DNA from: Callorhinchus milii
Taxonomy: Eukaryota
Length of the DNA stretch: 64,000 nucleotides
Assembly (NCBI RefSeq): GCF_018977255.1
Contig: NW_024704742.1
Coordinates: 92,568,001-92,632,000 of the forward strand
Reading direction: 5' to 3'
Shown here in pieces: positions 52,796 to 64,000 of this stretch. The notes under the pieces were generated by a model. That model did not search any database. It saw nothing but the letters and a program-made list of their open reading frames with translations, and was not told the DNA's origin. The first letter of the stretch is position 1; each line of letters begins with the position of its first letter. A program made the position numbers and the translations under genes.

Positions 52796-55700
52796 ACAAC
52801 AAGAACAACAACAACTTGCATTATATAGTGCCCTCCACGCAGGGTGGTTTCACAGAGCATTTAACAATGGTGGAGCCCGAGCCCAAGCCAGGGGCAGGGG
52901 AAAAGTGACCGTAGGCACGGTTGAAGAGGAAGGTCTTCAGGAGCAACCTGAAGATGAGGAAGGAGGGGACGAGGCAAAGGGGTTGAGAGAGGGAGTTACG
53001 AAGTTTTGGGGCATAGTGGCTGAAGGCACAGCCTCCGATGGTGGAACGGAGGATTCAGGGGTCATGGAGGAGGCCAGACCCAGTAGAGCGGAGGCAGCGG
53101 GTACTGCTGTGGGGAGACAGGAGGTTAGAGAGATAGGGGGGTGCCAAGGAATGGAGGGATTTAAACACCAGAGTGAGGATCGTGAAGCCGATCCGCTCTG
53201 TGACAGGGAGCCAGTGGAGTTGGCAAGGACTGGAGTAATCGGGGTATGAAGTTTGGTGCGGGTGAGAATGCGGGCGGCAGAGTTTCAAATGAGCTGAATT
53301 TTGTGAATAGTGAGGAGAGGAGACCTGCGAGAGGGCGTTAGAGTAGGGTGAGGTGACAAAGACATGGACAAGGGTTTCAGCAGCTTTTGGGGTGAGGTGT
53401 TGTCAGACGGGCAATGTGGTGGAGGTGGGAGAAAGCGGTGATGGTCAGGAACTGGATGTGGGGGGAGGAAGGGCAACTGGGGATCGAACCAGATGCCTAA
53501 GTTGCGCACGGGTTTAGAGAGTTTAAGGACAGGTCGGGTAGGTTGAGGAGGTCGGAACTATGGAACAGAAGACGTCGACGGCAGCCAAAGAGTATGGCTT
53601 CCATCTTGTTGACGTTTAACTGCAGGAAATTTGCGTTCATCCAGCTCTTGTCCGACAGACAAGCTGACAGAACATCAGGGGACTGCGGGTCGCAGCTGGA
53701 GGTGGAAAAGTAGAGTTAAGTGTCATCCGCATACATGTGGAAGTTAACCCCGTGTCTGCGGATGACATCACCGAGAGGGAGCATATAGATGAGGAAGAGA
53801 AGGGAGCCAAGGATGGATCCTTGGGGTACCCCGCAGGTGACCGGGTGGAAGCGAGAAGAAAAGTCACTTGCAGAAATGTAGTGCTGGCAGTTTGTAAGGT
53901 AGGACTCGACTCAAGCGAGTGCGGTCCCACTGAGATGGATGGTGGAAGACAGGCGGTGGAGGAGGATGGCATGATCAACTGTTCAAACACAGCAGAGAGG
54001 TCCAGGAGGATGAGGAGGCAGAGGGAGCCCTGGCCACAGATAGAGAGGATATCGTTTGTGACTTTCATGAGCACTGTCTCTGCACTGTGAGCATGGCGGA
54101 AATCAGATTGGAGGGGTTAGAGTAGGGTTTGGAGGGAGAAGTGTGCGTGAAGTTAGTTGGCAACGACACGTTCTAGAGCTTTGGCAAGGAAGGGCAGGTT
54201 TGAGATAGGTCGGTAGTGGCCGGGTTTGGAGGGATCGAGGGTAGGTTTTTTAAGGAGGGGGATGATGACTATGGTTTTGAGGGGGAGTGGGACTGATCCT
54301 GAGGAGAGAGACTGGTTAATAGTGTATGCCAGCAGTGGGCAGAGGAGGGGGAGCTGGGTGATCAGCAGTTGGGTTGGGAGGGGGTCGAGGCAACAGGTGG
54401 TGGGTTTTATTCTGGTAGGTTGGATGTAGGATGGGGGCAGTGGTTGAGCTCAGAGCAGGGTGGGTGAGGGAGACGGAATGGAGGTAGTCATAGGCAACGC
54501 TGGGCAGAAGGATGAAGCAGCCAGGCGGATGTTGTCAATTTTAGCGGTAGTCCATGACCTCTTCGCACTTGGCATAAGATGTGATGATTGCGGGTCCTTG
54601 AGGGGGCGCACGGAGGAGGTGGTGGGCGGTGAGAATAGGATTTTGGAGTTATTGTTGGCCTCCAGTGTGATGTTGAGTAGTGCGCAGTTTTTGTTTGGGA
54701 CAAGGAGCGGCGGTACGTGTGAAAATGCTCGAGCCACAGCTGGTGGTGAACGGTGAGGCTGGTTTTCTGCCACCTGTGTTCCAGCAGCCAGATTTGGGAT
54801 TTTAGGGAGTGGAGATGGCTGTTGTACCAGGGGGAGCGGGTGAGTTTGGAGATGGTCCTGGATTTCAAGGGGCAAGGGAGTTGAAGGTGGAGGAGAGGTG
54901 ATCATGGAGCAGCTTGACGGCCGCTTCAGGGTCGCTCCAGGTGGAAGGCCAGAGGTATAGGAGGTTTGAAGATGAGAGGGACTTTGTGAGCATTTTGGGG
55001 AAGCCTTTTCCATGGGCGGAAATGTATGGTTGAGGTCTTGATGGAGGGGAGAGGGATGCGAGAGAAGGAGATGAGGAAATGGTCCAAGATGGCCTTGTTC
55101 GTGATGCACAGGTCGAAAATGTCAAGGCTGTGTGTGATGACGAGTTCAAGTGGGTGACCATGGTTGTGGGTCGCAAGTTGATGTGGAGGATGAGATGCAG
55201 GGAGGAGCGGAGAGCAGTGAAGTCTGAGGATGTGGTGCAAGGCGAGTGTAGGTGGAGGTTGAAGTCGCCCATTATGAGTAGGCGTTCTGAGCAGAGGGAC
55301 AGGGAGGAGAGAAGCAGCCAGAGGAATAAGGGGATAGACCGAGGGAAGCTTGGGAGATGAGGGCCAACCCACCACCACGTTGGTTGGGGGGGGTGGGTGG
55401 TGTGGAAGGTGTAGCATCCTGTAGTCCCTCTGTCTCACCCCCTCCCTCGTCACCTTCAAGATCCACCTCAAGATCCTCCTTTTCGATTGTGCTCTCCCTG
55501 CTTCCCCCACCCCCCGCCCTCCCTTCTCCCCCACCCCGACCCTCAGCTCGGATCCGAAACTCTGTCCAGCACCTCCTGACGTGAAAGGTGCTATACAAAT
55601 GTAATTTTGTTTTTGTTGTTGTTGTAGCCAGGAGGGGAGGCTTCAACTAGGGGGACGGGATCACTGGGAGAGAGCCAGGTGTCCATAAACCCAAGAATAT

Positions 55701-55985
55701 CCATGTGCTCATCCAGGATGAGGTAATGGATAGTGAGGGCTTTATTGGAGAGTGAGCGGACATTTTGTAGGGAATGCGGATGGGTTTGCTGGTGGGTGGG
55801 GAGTTGGAGGAGGGAGTGTTATAGGGAGGATTTGTGGCCATGGGGAAGAGATGACTGGAATTTGAGGAGGGGGGAATTGGCGAGGGTATGGATGAGGGAG
55901 GAGGAAGGGGTATTTGCCTTTTGGAGGCGGTTGGTGTAGTGTGGAGAGAGTGAGCGATGGGACAGTTGAGGTGGCTTCTCTGGGA
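52796..55985 (-). mobile_element. Long decayed L2 LINE (ORF2 endonuclease start through RT to tail)
   Basis: Minus strand LQNVRSLSNK, PPGY, MGDFNLH, LLDLSAVF, GVPQGS and FHMYADD motifs; tail at 52796. Confidence 0.9.
55416..55622 (+). mobile_element. Short L2 3' end nested antisense in the long L2, with TGTAGC target-site duplication
   Basis: TGTAGC at 55410-55415 and 55623-55628; L2 tail gtgaaaggtgctatacaaatgtaattttg(ttg)n. Confidence 0.85.
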
Positions 55986-57247
55986 CAAACAACGCCAGGA
56001 TTCTTTTTAGTAAGAATTATCAGTCCTCAATTCTCCTTTCTCCAAGTCAGACTCCCGAGTCTTCAGGGAGTATAGCCTTAATCAGGAAGTCATGGACCTC
56101 TGTCATGAGTACATATTTGGCATTGACAAAAGACTTTGCTCCACAAGGTCAGATGGTTTTCTCCTGTCTGTGCAGATCCACAGCATATGTGGGCACCACA
56201 CCATTTGTGATCAATCTTCATTAGTACTTGTATTTAGGCCTGTGCCTAGTATCTTTATACAGGCATCTTTATAGAACAGTCTAAAGTGAGTTTGACAGGA
56301 AAGTTGGCGGTAGTCGCCTTGATAATTTATTTTCATTCAAATGTGTTCATTATTAATGTTGTGCCTTGTACCACGTTATGTGGTTTCTTGCAATAAAAGG
56401 GTTCTTTTCTTAAAAAAAAACTCTTAATGTGAGCTGGAAAAATTTTCATTAATATATTTTAACAACTTGTTGCAACATTTTTTAACTGGTAAAGTCTGCT
56501 GAACCATTCTTGAGATATCATAACCAAGCCCTTCTGTTTCAGTCCACTTGTGAATCAGCTGTTTTCTGCAGAGAGCTTAGTGAATAGTATCTTCGTGGCA
56601 TTCAGCAAAGTTCCCACAAAATCCACACTGCGTTGTGGGAAATTCACAGAGACCCATTAAACGTTAATGAATAGAGGCCACATCCTGCTTAAGAATTTGT
56701 GCAGCTATATGGAGTCAGGTGACTTCAATTTTTGTTCGGAATGGTTCTTGGTCAACAACAAATCCTGCTCCTCCTGGCCAGAACAGTGGAAAAAATGTCA
56801 AGCTTGGCTACAGATTGGTGATTAGGAAGAATGTTGCCCTTGTTCTGTGTAACATGGTGACAGTGCCTGAAAAATTTGTTCCCTTTGTCAAATGATTGGC
56901 ACGATGAGTCCCTGATAAAACACTGAAGTACTGAAAGGTGGCAAGACATAAATAAAATATACAAAAAGACTCTTGTGTTTCCGCCCTACCCGCCCCCCCC
57001 CCCTTTTCCCTCCCAGAGATGCCTTGTACCAGGCACTTTGTATATGCTGAGAAGACTATACCCGAGAGATCTGTTCCTCAGACTCCGCCAATGGTGCCCT
57101 ATCACTGTCTGAGACATGTCTGAGAACAATCCTCGGTAACTGCTCATCCGATTTTTCTCTCCTTCCTGATTGGAAGTACTTGATCTCTTTCTGGCACCAC
57201 AATTGAGATCAGGAACTTGCTGTGTCAGAATCTGTGAGCTTGAGGCT

Positions 57248-59900
57248 TCAACAACAACAAAATTACATTTGTAAAGCGCCTTTCAGGTGGAGAGGACGTC
57301 CCAAGGTGCTGGACAGACCGAGTTACGGATCCAAGCTGAGGGTCGGGGTGGGGGAGGGCAGTGGGGGAAGCAGGGAGATCGAAAGCACGGGCGAAGAGGA
57401 GGGTCTTGAGGTGGGTCTTGAAGGTGGTGAGGGAGGGGGCGAGGTGGAGGGACTGTGGGATGGAGTTCCAGAGGGTGGGTGCAGAATGGCGGAAGGCCCA
57501 CCCGCCGATAGTGGGGCGAGCGAGGCGGGGGATGTGAAGCCGGCCGGAGACCGCTGAGCGGAGGGAGCGAACAGGGTGGTAGGGGGTTAGGAGGTCGGAG
57601 AGATGGGGGGGGGAGCAAGACCATTGAGGTTTTTGAAGGTGAGGACCAGGATCTTGAACTGTACTCTCTGTGTGATGGGAAGCCAGTGGAGTCGGGTGAG
57701 GTGGGGGTGATAGGGTCACGGAGCCTGGTGCGGGAGAGGACATGGGCTGCAGAGTTCTGGATGATCTGCAGTCTGTGGAAGGAGGAGTTGGGGAGGCCGA
57801 CAAGCAGTGAGTTTGCATAGTCGAGCCTCAATGTAATGAAGGTGTGTTTAGGGTTTTGGCGGCCTGTGGTGTGAGACAGTGTTGGAGCTGGGCGATGTTG
57901 CAGAGGTGGGGGAAGACAGAGCAGGTCATGGCGCGAATGTGGGGTAGAATGGATAGTTGAGGGTCAAACAAGACCTTAAGGTTCCGGACTGGCTCAGTGA
58001 AGTGGAGTGAGCAAACATGGATGGTGATGCTGTCAGCGCCTGAGGTGAGGAGGCACTGATGGAAGTGAACCAGGAGAGCCTCGGTCTTGTTGATGTTCAA
58101 CTGAAGAAAGTTAGCTCTCATCCAGGACTTGATGTCTGACAGACAGTGGTCCTGGAGTCAAGGGTGGAGGCAGAGAGGTAGAGTTTGGTGTCACCCGCAT
58201 ACATGTGGAAGTTGATCCCATGTCTGTGGAGGATGTCACCAATAGGAAGCATATAAACATTGAAGAGGAGGGGACCAAGGACAGTGCCCCGAGAAATGCT
58301 GCACGAGACGGTCTGGGGGTTAGAGGAGATGCTGTTTGAGGAGATGAAGTGCAGGCGGTGTGAGAGGTACGATCTGAACCAATCAAGGACAGCGCCGTGG
58401 AGGTTGAGGTGAGAGGTTAGGTGGTTGATGCGGATAGAGTGGTCGACGGTGTCGAAAGCAGCAGAGAGGTCAAGGAGGACGAGGAGGCAGAGGAAGCCCT
58501 GGTCGCAGATGGACAGAATGTCATTTGTCACTTTGACCAGGGGGTTTCTGTGCTGTGGGCGGCACGGAAGCCCGATTGGAGGGGTTCGAGAAGGGAGCGG
58601 CGGGAGAGGAAGGAGCAACAACTCGTTCCAGAACTTTGGGGAGGTTGGAGATGGGGCGGTAGTTAGGGTGTGTAGAAGCGTCCAGGGAGCGTGTTTTAAG
58701 GATAGGAATGAAGACATTGTTTTTTAAAGGGGTGGGAACAGTACCAGAGGACAGGGAGAGGTTAACAATATCAATGAGTAGAGGGGCAAGGAGATGGAGC
58801 TGGGAGGTAAGAAGAGGGTTGGGGACGAAGGAGCAGGTGGTGGGTTTCATATGAGTTATGGTGGTGATGAGAGAGGAGGGGGATATGGGTTCAAAGGTGT
58901 GGAGGGAGGGGTGAGTAGGAGCTGCAGTGGGAGGAGGCGATGGAGAGGGGTTAGTAGATGCAGTGGCAGAGGCAGCTGAGTGGATTCCCTTGACTTTGGA
59001 TTCGAGGAAGTCCAGTGTCACCTCACATTTGGCATTTGAGGTGAGGATGGGTGAGGTGTGAGAGGGTGGGCGGAGGAGTCGGTTCGTGATGGAGAAGAGG
59101 AGCCTGGGGTTGTCCTTTGCCTCCAAGATTGTTTGAATAGAACAACGATTTGGTGGAGGCTAGGGCGGAGCGGTAGGATTTGACATGGTCCAGCCAAATC
59201 TGCTGATGGACAGTTAGGTTTGATTTAAGTCAGGTGTGCTCAGTGGAACGTGCCTGGGCTTCAAGGGAGCGGAGGTGGCTGGTGTTCCAAGGTGATTTGC
59301 GTGAGTAGGAAATGGCTCAGGAAGAGAGGGGAGCGAGGGAATCAAGAAGTGGAGGAGAGGGAGCTGTGGAGAAGGGTGACCGAGGAGTATAGGTCAATGT
59401 GGGAGGACGCCCAGAGGGGAACGAGTTAAGATGTCTCCAAGGCAGCTAAGAGTGAGGGGGGTGGGGGGGGGGGGGAAAGATTTTTTTTCCAGGTGCGGTA
59501 TGAGATGGAAGTGGGTTGGGTGGCAGTGGGGAGAGGGTTTAAGGAATTCAGGAAGATGAAGTGATGATCCGAGATCACTTTGTCGATGATGGTGAGATCC
59601 ACGACTGTGAGGCCCTGAGTGATCACCAGGTCGAGGGGGTAACCACGGACGTGGGTGGTGGATGTGGAGGGAGAGTTTGAGGGAGGAGATAAGGGAGGAA
59701 AAGTCAGCAGAGGTAGAGCAGGAAGGAGTGAAGTGAAGGTTGAAATCACCTAGGATGAGGAAGCGTTCAGAGCAAAGGGAAGATAGAAGGGTGGAGATGT
59801 CAGGGATGAAGGTGGGGGAAGGCTTGGGAAGACGGTAGATGAGGAGAATTTTGAGGGAAAGGTTGGAGGGCTGATAGAGGGTAAGGTGCTCAAATGAGGC
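57248..59900 (-). mobile_element. Long decayed L2 LINE
   Basis: ORF-track fragments EAKDNPRLLFSI, NYRPISNLP, LLDLSAAFDTVDH, FHMYAGDT, RLDYANSLLVGLP; tail at 57248. Confidence 0.9.
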
Positions 59901-61942
59901 GAAGGTTCATGGTACAGTGTATTGAAGCTCCAGTAGGCTGCCCTTCGGTGAAATGGACAGTAACCACAAAAACAACAAATTGCATTTACATAGTGCTTTT
60001 CATGTTGGTGCAATAACTGAGTCTTCTAGGTTTGCTGAGTGTCGAGTACCTGCGGATGTCCTCAGTACAGGTGTATTGACTCATTTTAAAAGTTGTATAG
60101 ATTTTTAACTTTGTAATCTGATAACCAAATCTTGGTGTTACAATGTACATGTGTATTATTACAATGAATAGCATTACGTAGTGCTGTTACGATTAATTTA
60201 GTACTTGCATTCCCACTCTTGTCAGATGGGCTTTGTGCCGTCATCTGTGATCATCTCATTTCCTGGCAAGGTTTGTCAGCTTGTTACCACTTGTCACTTC
60301 TGTTTTGTTTGGCTTTTTTTAAAAAAAACTCTACTTCTGCGCATAAGAGCTAATAGCTGAAGGTGCAGAGGGGATGGATGTTGTGCTTAATATGGAAAGT
60401 CAATAAAGTGGCATGGATAAAGGGTGATTTACGAGTACATACACCTTCTTAACCATGATACTGACCAATAAAGACGTCCAGTTTCTCCAGTGTGCTAACA
60501 GTATTGGACTCCTCTCCTCAAAACCTCAGGAGGGTGTTTTGTTGTCATACTAATTTGCTATTAAAAGGAAACCCAGCGTAAAGCATAGCAATGTCACTGC
60601 ACCTCATGTTCTCTTGAAAAGGTGAGCAGTTGTTGGAACAGTGACAGGCATTTTAACAGTGAAGCCTAACATCAGATTTGTATGCTCTCATGTTATAATT
60701 GAAACTGTGAAGGTAATAAATTGGAATCCGAAAAAAATGCTGAGATGTATCCAAAGGACTGCATTTGATTGCAGGGAAATATTTTTCCTTAATTGGTTGA
60801 TACAGTATTTCTGAATTGAGCAAGCATATATTGAAAATAGAATTGTCTCCTTTAGTACTGCATCTGCCTGATATTTTGTAAGAAAATGCTGAGAGATGAA
60901 ATGGGTCACACATTGATTGGTCTTGAACATCTTTGGCTCCGATCTTAGATTTAACCCTGAGGCTCTCCATTGACTGTTTGCTATCTTAATGCTGTTGCTA
61001 TGTGAAACTACCATTGACAGTTTTTTTTGTCTAAAACTGTTTGGCACTAAATGGACAAAACTTATTCAAAGAGATCCTCGTGTGAGAAGTGAAAAATATA
61101 AGACTGGTGAGAAGGCTTTGCTTTTGAGAGGTTGGGCAAAGTGGAGGAAGGCTTTCTCTGTGAATCTTGCTGTGTTGTACCAAATGCTGGATGCCTGCAA
61201 TTGGGTTTCATTTCCCAATACTTAACATTCCTTATCTTGGTGGTAATGAAAACAAATCATTAAAAAGCAGCGTGTTTATCAAGTACACCGTGCAGTGATT
61301 TCTAAATGGGATTCAATCATTAATTAATCTGGAGTGTATGCTTTGACGAGAGAAAAATGTCACCGACACAATGTACTTGGGATACTGCCCCGCATAAGGG
61401 GCGCCATATAAATGCAAGATGTTGTTACTTTCAAAGTGGAGTTCCCATGAATTTTCGTGACATATTTCTGGACTCCCTACTCTGATTCATCAACTTTTGA
61501 AATTGTAGGATTCTTGTTGTGGTTTAAGCCCCTATAATACAGTATATGTAATCAGTATATCATGTATGTATTTGAGAGATTTGCAATGAACAGTTAAATT
61601 TGTTTCCCCCCAAAAAGTCAGTAATCTGGACTGTTGACATCTGATTAAATTAATTGGATCAAGAAATTCAGATGTCTGCCTGTTCAGGTGGACATTAAAG
61701 ATCCCATTGCACTATTCAAAAAGAGAAGGGAGATTCTCCTACTGTCTGGCCAACGATCACCCAGATAAAAATATTGGTTATTCACATCCTGTTTTGGGCC
61801 AATGCTGTGCAAAAAATGTCTGCCCTGTTTGCCTCCAAATGCACAACAATACAATACAAAGTTACGTTTGTAAAGTACAATAATGCATGAAGCTGTGAAT
61901 CACTTTTAGACCTTACAAAATGATAAAATGCAAAACCAGGTT

Positions 61943-62262
61943 ATAATAATAATAATAATCCTTGCATTTGATATAGCGCTTTTCACGTCGGGAGAACGTC
62001 CCAAAGCGCTTCACAGAATATACTGTAAAGTGAATTAACTGTATATTTGTGGGCGAAACGCGGCAGCCAATTGCGCACAGCAATGTCCCACAAACAGTCA
62101 TGGATTGAAAATGACCAATTTATTATTGTTTTTGGTTTTGGAGGGATTATTATTAGGCTCTGTGTGGAGTAAGGAAACTTGCCCAAGGTTTCGCCCTCTG
62201 CCTGGAATTGAACTCAGGTCTCTCGCTTGCAAAGAGAGTGCTCTAACCACTGAGCTACAGGA
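61943..62262 (-). mobile_element. Young tRNA-derived SINE, full length
   Basis: Near-identical to the copies at 52261 and 45197. Confidence 0.92.
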
Positions 62263-62767
62263 GGTTATTAGTATGTAAATAGAATATGCAAAAATGTTCT
62301 GTTAATAAATAAGTCATTATGTCCAGCATACTACATTTTATTTGGTGCAAGGCTTTAATCACAGGATCTCTGCAGAGAGAAATACTTTTTGTTAACTATA
62401 TCCGCAGGCATCTTGTTTGTGTTATTCCTCATGACTATTTCTGAAAATTTAATCTCTAGATATGCCATGTACAATGATTAAGTCCAGCTGCTTGTTTTCC
62501 TTCTCCGGTCCTGACTGGCTGAATTTAAAAAAAAGAAACGGATGGTTTCACATGCTGAGATATTTAACCAGGACATGTGACCTAGACCAGGGTGTCAGAG
62601 CCAACTGGCTGTATAGGGCCTTAAACCGCATCCAGCCCACAAACATTGTGTGTCCAGAGCCCAGGTTTGCTGTAACCCGATGGGGTAAAAACACCGGCAC
62701 GAGGCAGCAATTACAACCTGTCAATCACTTTCAAATCAGTAACAGAAGAGACACGGAGAGATTCAGA

Positions 62768-62895
62768 GACACATGCATACACACGTACACACATCCATAC
62801 GCATACACCTGCCCACATGCACACCCACAAAGGCACACCCACCCACGCACCGTATCACACACCCACCCACAAACATACACACATGCACACACACG
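62768..62895. repeat. Degenerate (CA)n-rich microsatellite
   Basis: cacacgtacacacatccatac...cacacatgcacacacacg. Confidence 0.7.
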
Positions 62896-64000
62896 TGTAT
62901 GTATGTTTCTGGAAGGGAAATACAAAAATATTGCTTATGCCCCCGCAGACGTTTCTCAAATATGGCATCCGACTCTCAGCAGTCAAAAGGTTGGACCATC
63001 CTGACTTAGACTTCTGGTTGCTTCCTGAAGGAATGGGTTTTCCAAAGAGTGGTTATCGTTACATTCAGCTGTTTTGCGAGAATGTTTGCGTACCCTTCCT
63101 CTTGCACACCAATACATAAATGTAAATTGTTTTCTCGAGGGGAATACGAGTGTGAACTCTTTTGTGTACCCTTATTCTTGCCATTACTATTACCAGGTAA
63201 GAATGCGAGCAGTGTTCTGAGTTACGTTGGTCTTCACAGGGATTCACTCTGGAATTTATACTGGTTTTGGAAGTCACTGGGAGAAACTCCCTTGTCTTTT
63301 CAAATAGTGACATGGGATCTTTAATTTCAGCTGAATAGGCAGATGGGACTTTGTCTCATCCGAAGGACGGAAAGCTAATTGATAATTCACCTCGTACCTG
63401 TTTGTGAGACCTTGCAGAGATTTAAATTATTGCATTTTTCATACGAAAACATTTGACTAATTATTAAAGTGTTTTGACATGGTGGAAAAATGTAAGCTCT
63501 TTAATCAAAATTTGGGTGAGAATTATGACGTCTTGTATTTCATACTTTGATATGGGAATTTTCTGAATTGTGTCTGTGCATCTGACCAGCTGAATTGTGC
63601 TGTTTTTATTGAGGAACAGAAATACATCAGTTTTCAGCTAGTTTCACAATACCATTGCTTTCGTTTCAGGCTGGAGGATAGATGCTTTCGTGATCACTGA
63701 TAATTGGCTGTATTACTAAGTGCTTACTTTACTTGTTTGGGATGAGGTGGATGAGATGTGCTGACAGCACAATGGGTTTTGTTTTGTTTACTTCCGAGGC
63801 TTGCGGTTTGCCTGCATTGTGCTCAAATTAAGAAAGAATGTAGTAAATGTACCATTCCACAGATTTGTGGCTGATTTGTTTTTTTTGCTAAGAATGAGGA
63901 AATTGTTGAACGTGTATTGCGCAAAAACACAGTTATCAAGTGTGAAAGCAACAAACAATAGAGTAAATTGGATCATCTCGGGAATCCGGCTAATCTCAAG

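Noticed and set aside
52796..59900. Potentially active LINEs
   Set aside because: Both long L2 copies have many frameshifts, stops and deletions; no intact ORF2.
62462..63119. ORFs of 78-180 aa rich in His/Thr
   Set aside because: Produced by the CA-rich microsatellite; no domain or convincing splice structure.

Overview
Eukaryotic, AT-rich vertebrate DNA. It is almost certainly from a cartilaginous fish; the repeat families suggest a chimaera/elephant-shark-like genome (inference). Bases 1661-44490 on the + strand hold 18 internal coding exons of MEGF10, the Draper/CED-1 family engulfment and myogenesis receptor. They encode tandem EGF-like repeats, one transmembrane helix and a cytoplasmic tail with NPxY and YxxI/M motifs. 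All introns are GT-AG and exon phases are continuous except at 22985-23086, which is 1 nt short (apparent frameshift, most likely a sequence error). The 5' exons lie upstream of the window. The expected terminal exon was not found downstream, where a 25-N gap and an ~810-bp C/T tract follow. The rest is mostly retroposons: decayed CR1 and L2 LINEs (often nested), a young tRNA-Ala-derived SINE with an L2-like tail, and an older Deu-domain SINE. There are also several Tc1/mariner- or pogo-type MITEs and a Penelope-like remnant carrying a degenerate minimal hammerhead ribozyme motif. I found no convincing wholly new biological system. The most notable signals are the frameshift, the hammerhead remnant, a mariner deletion derivative retaining the transposase C-terminus, and inverted SINE arrangements around exons. 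Repeat boundaries are approximate (read by eye).
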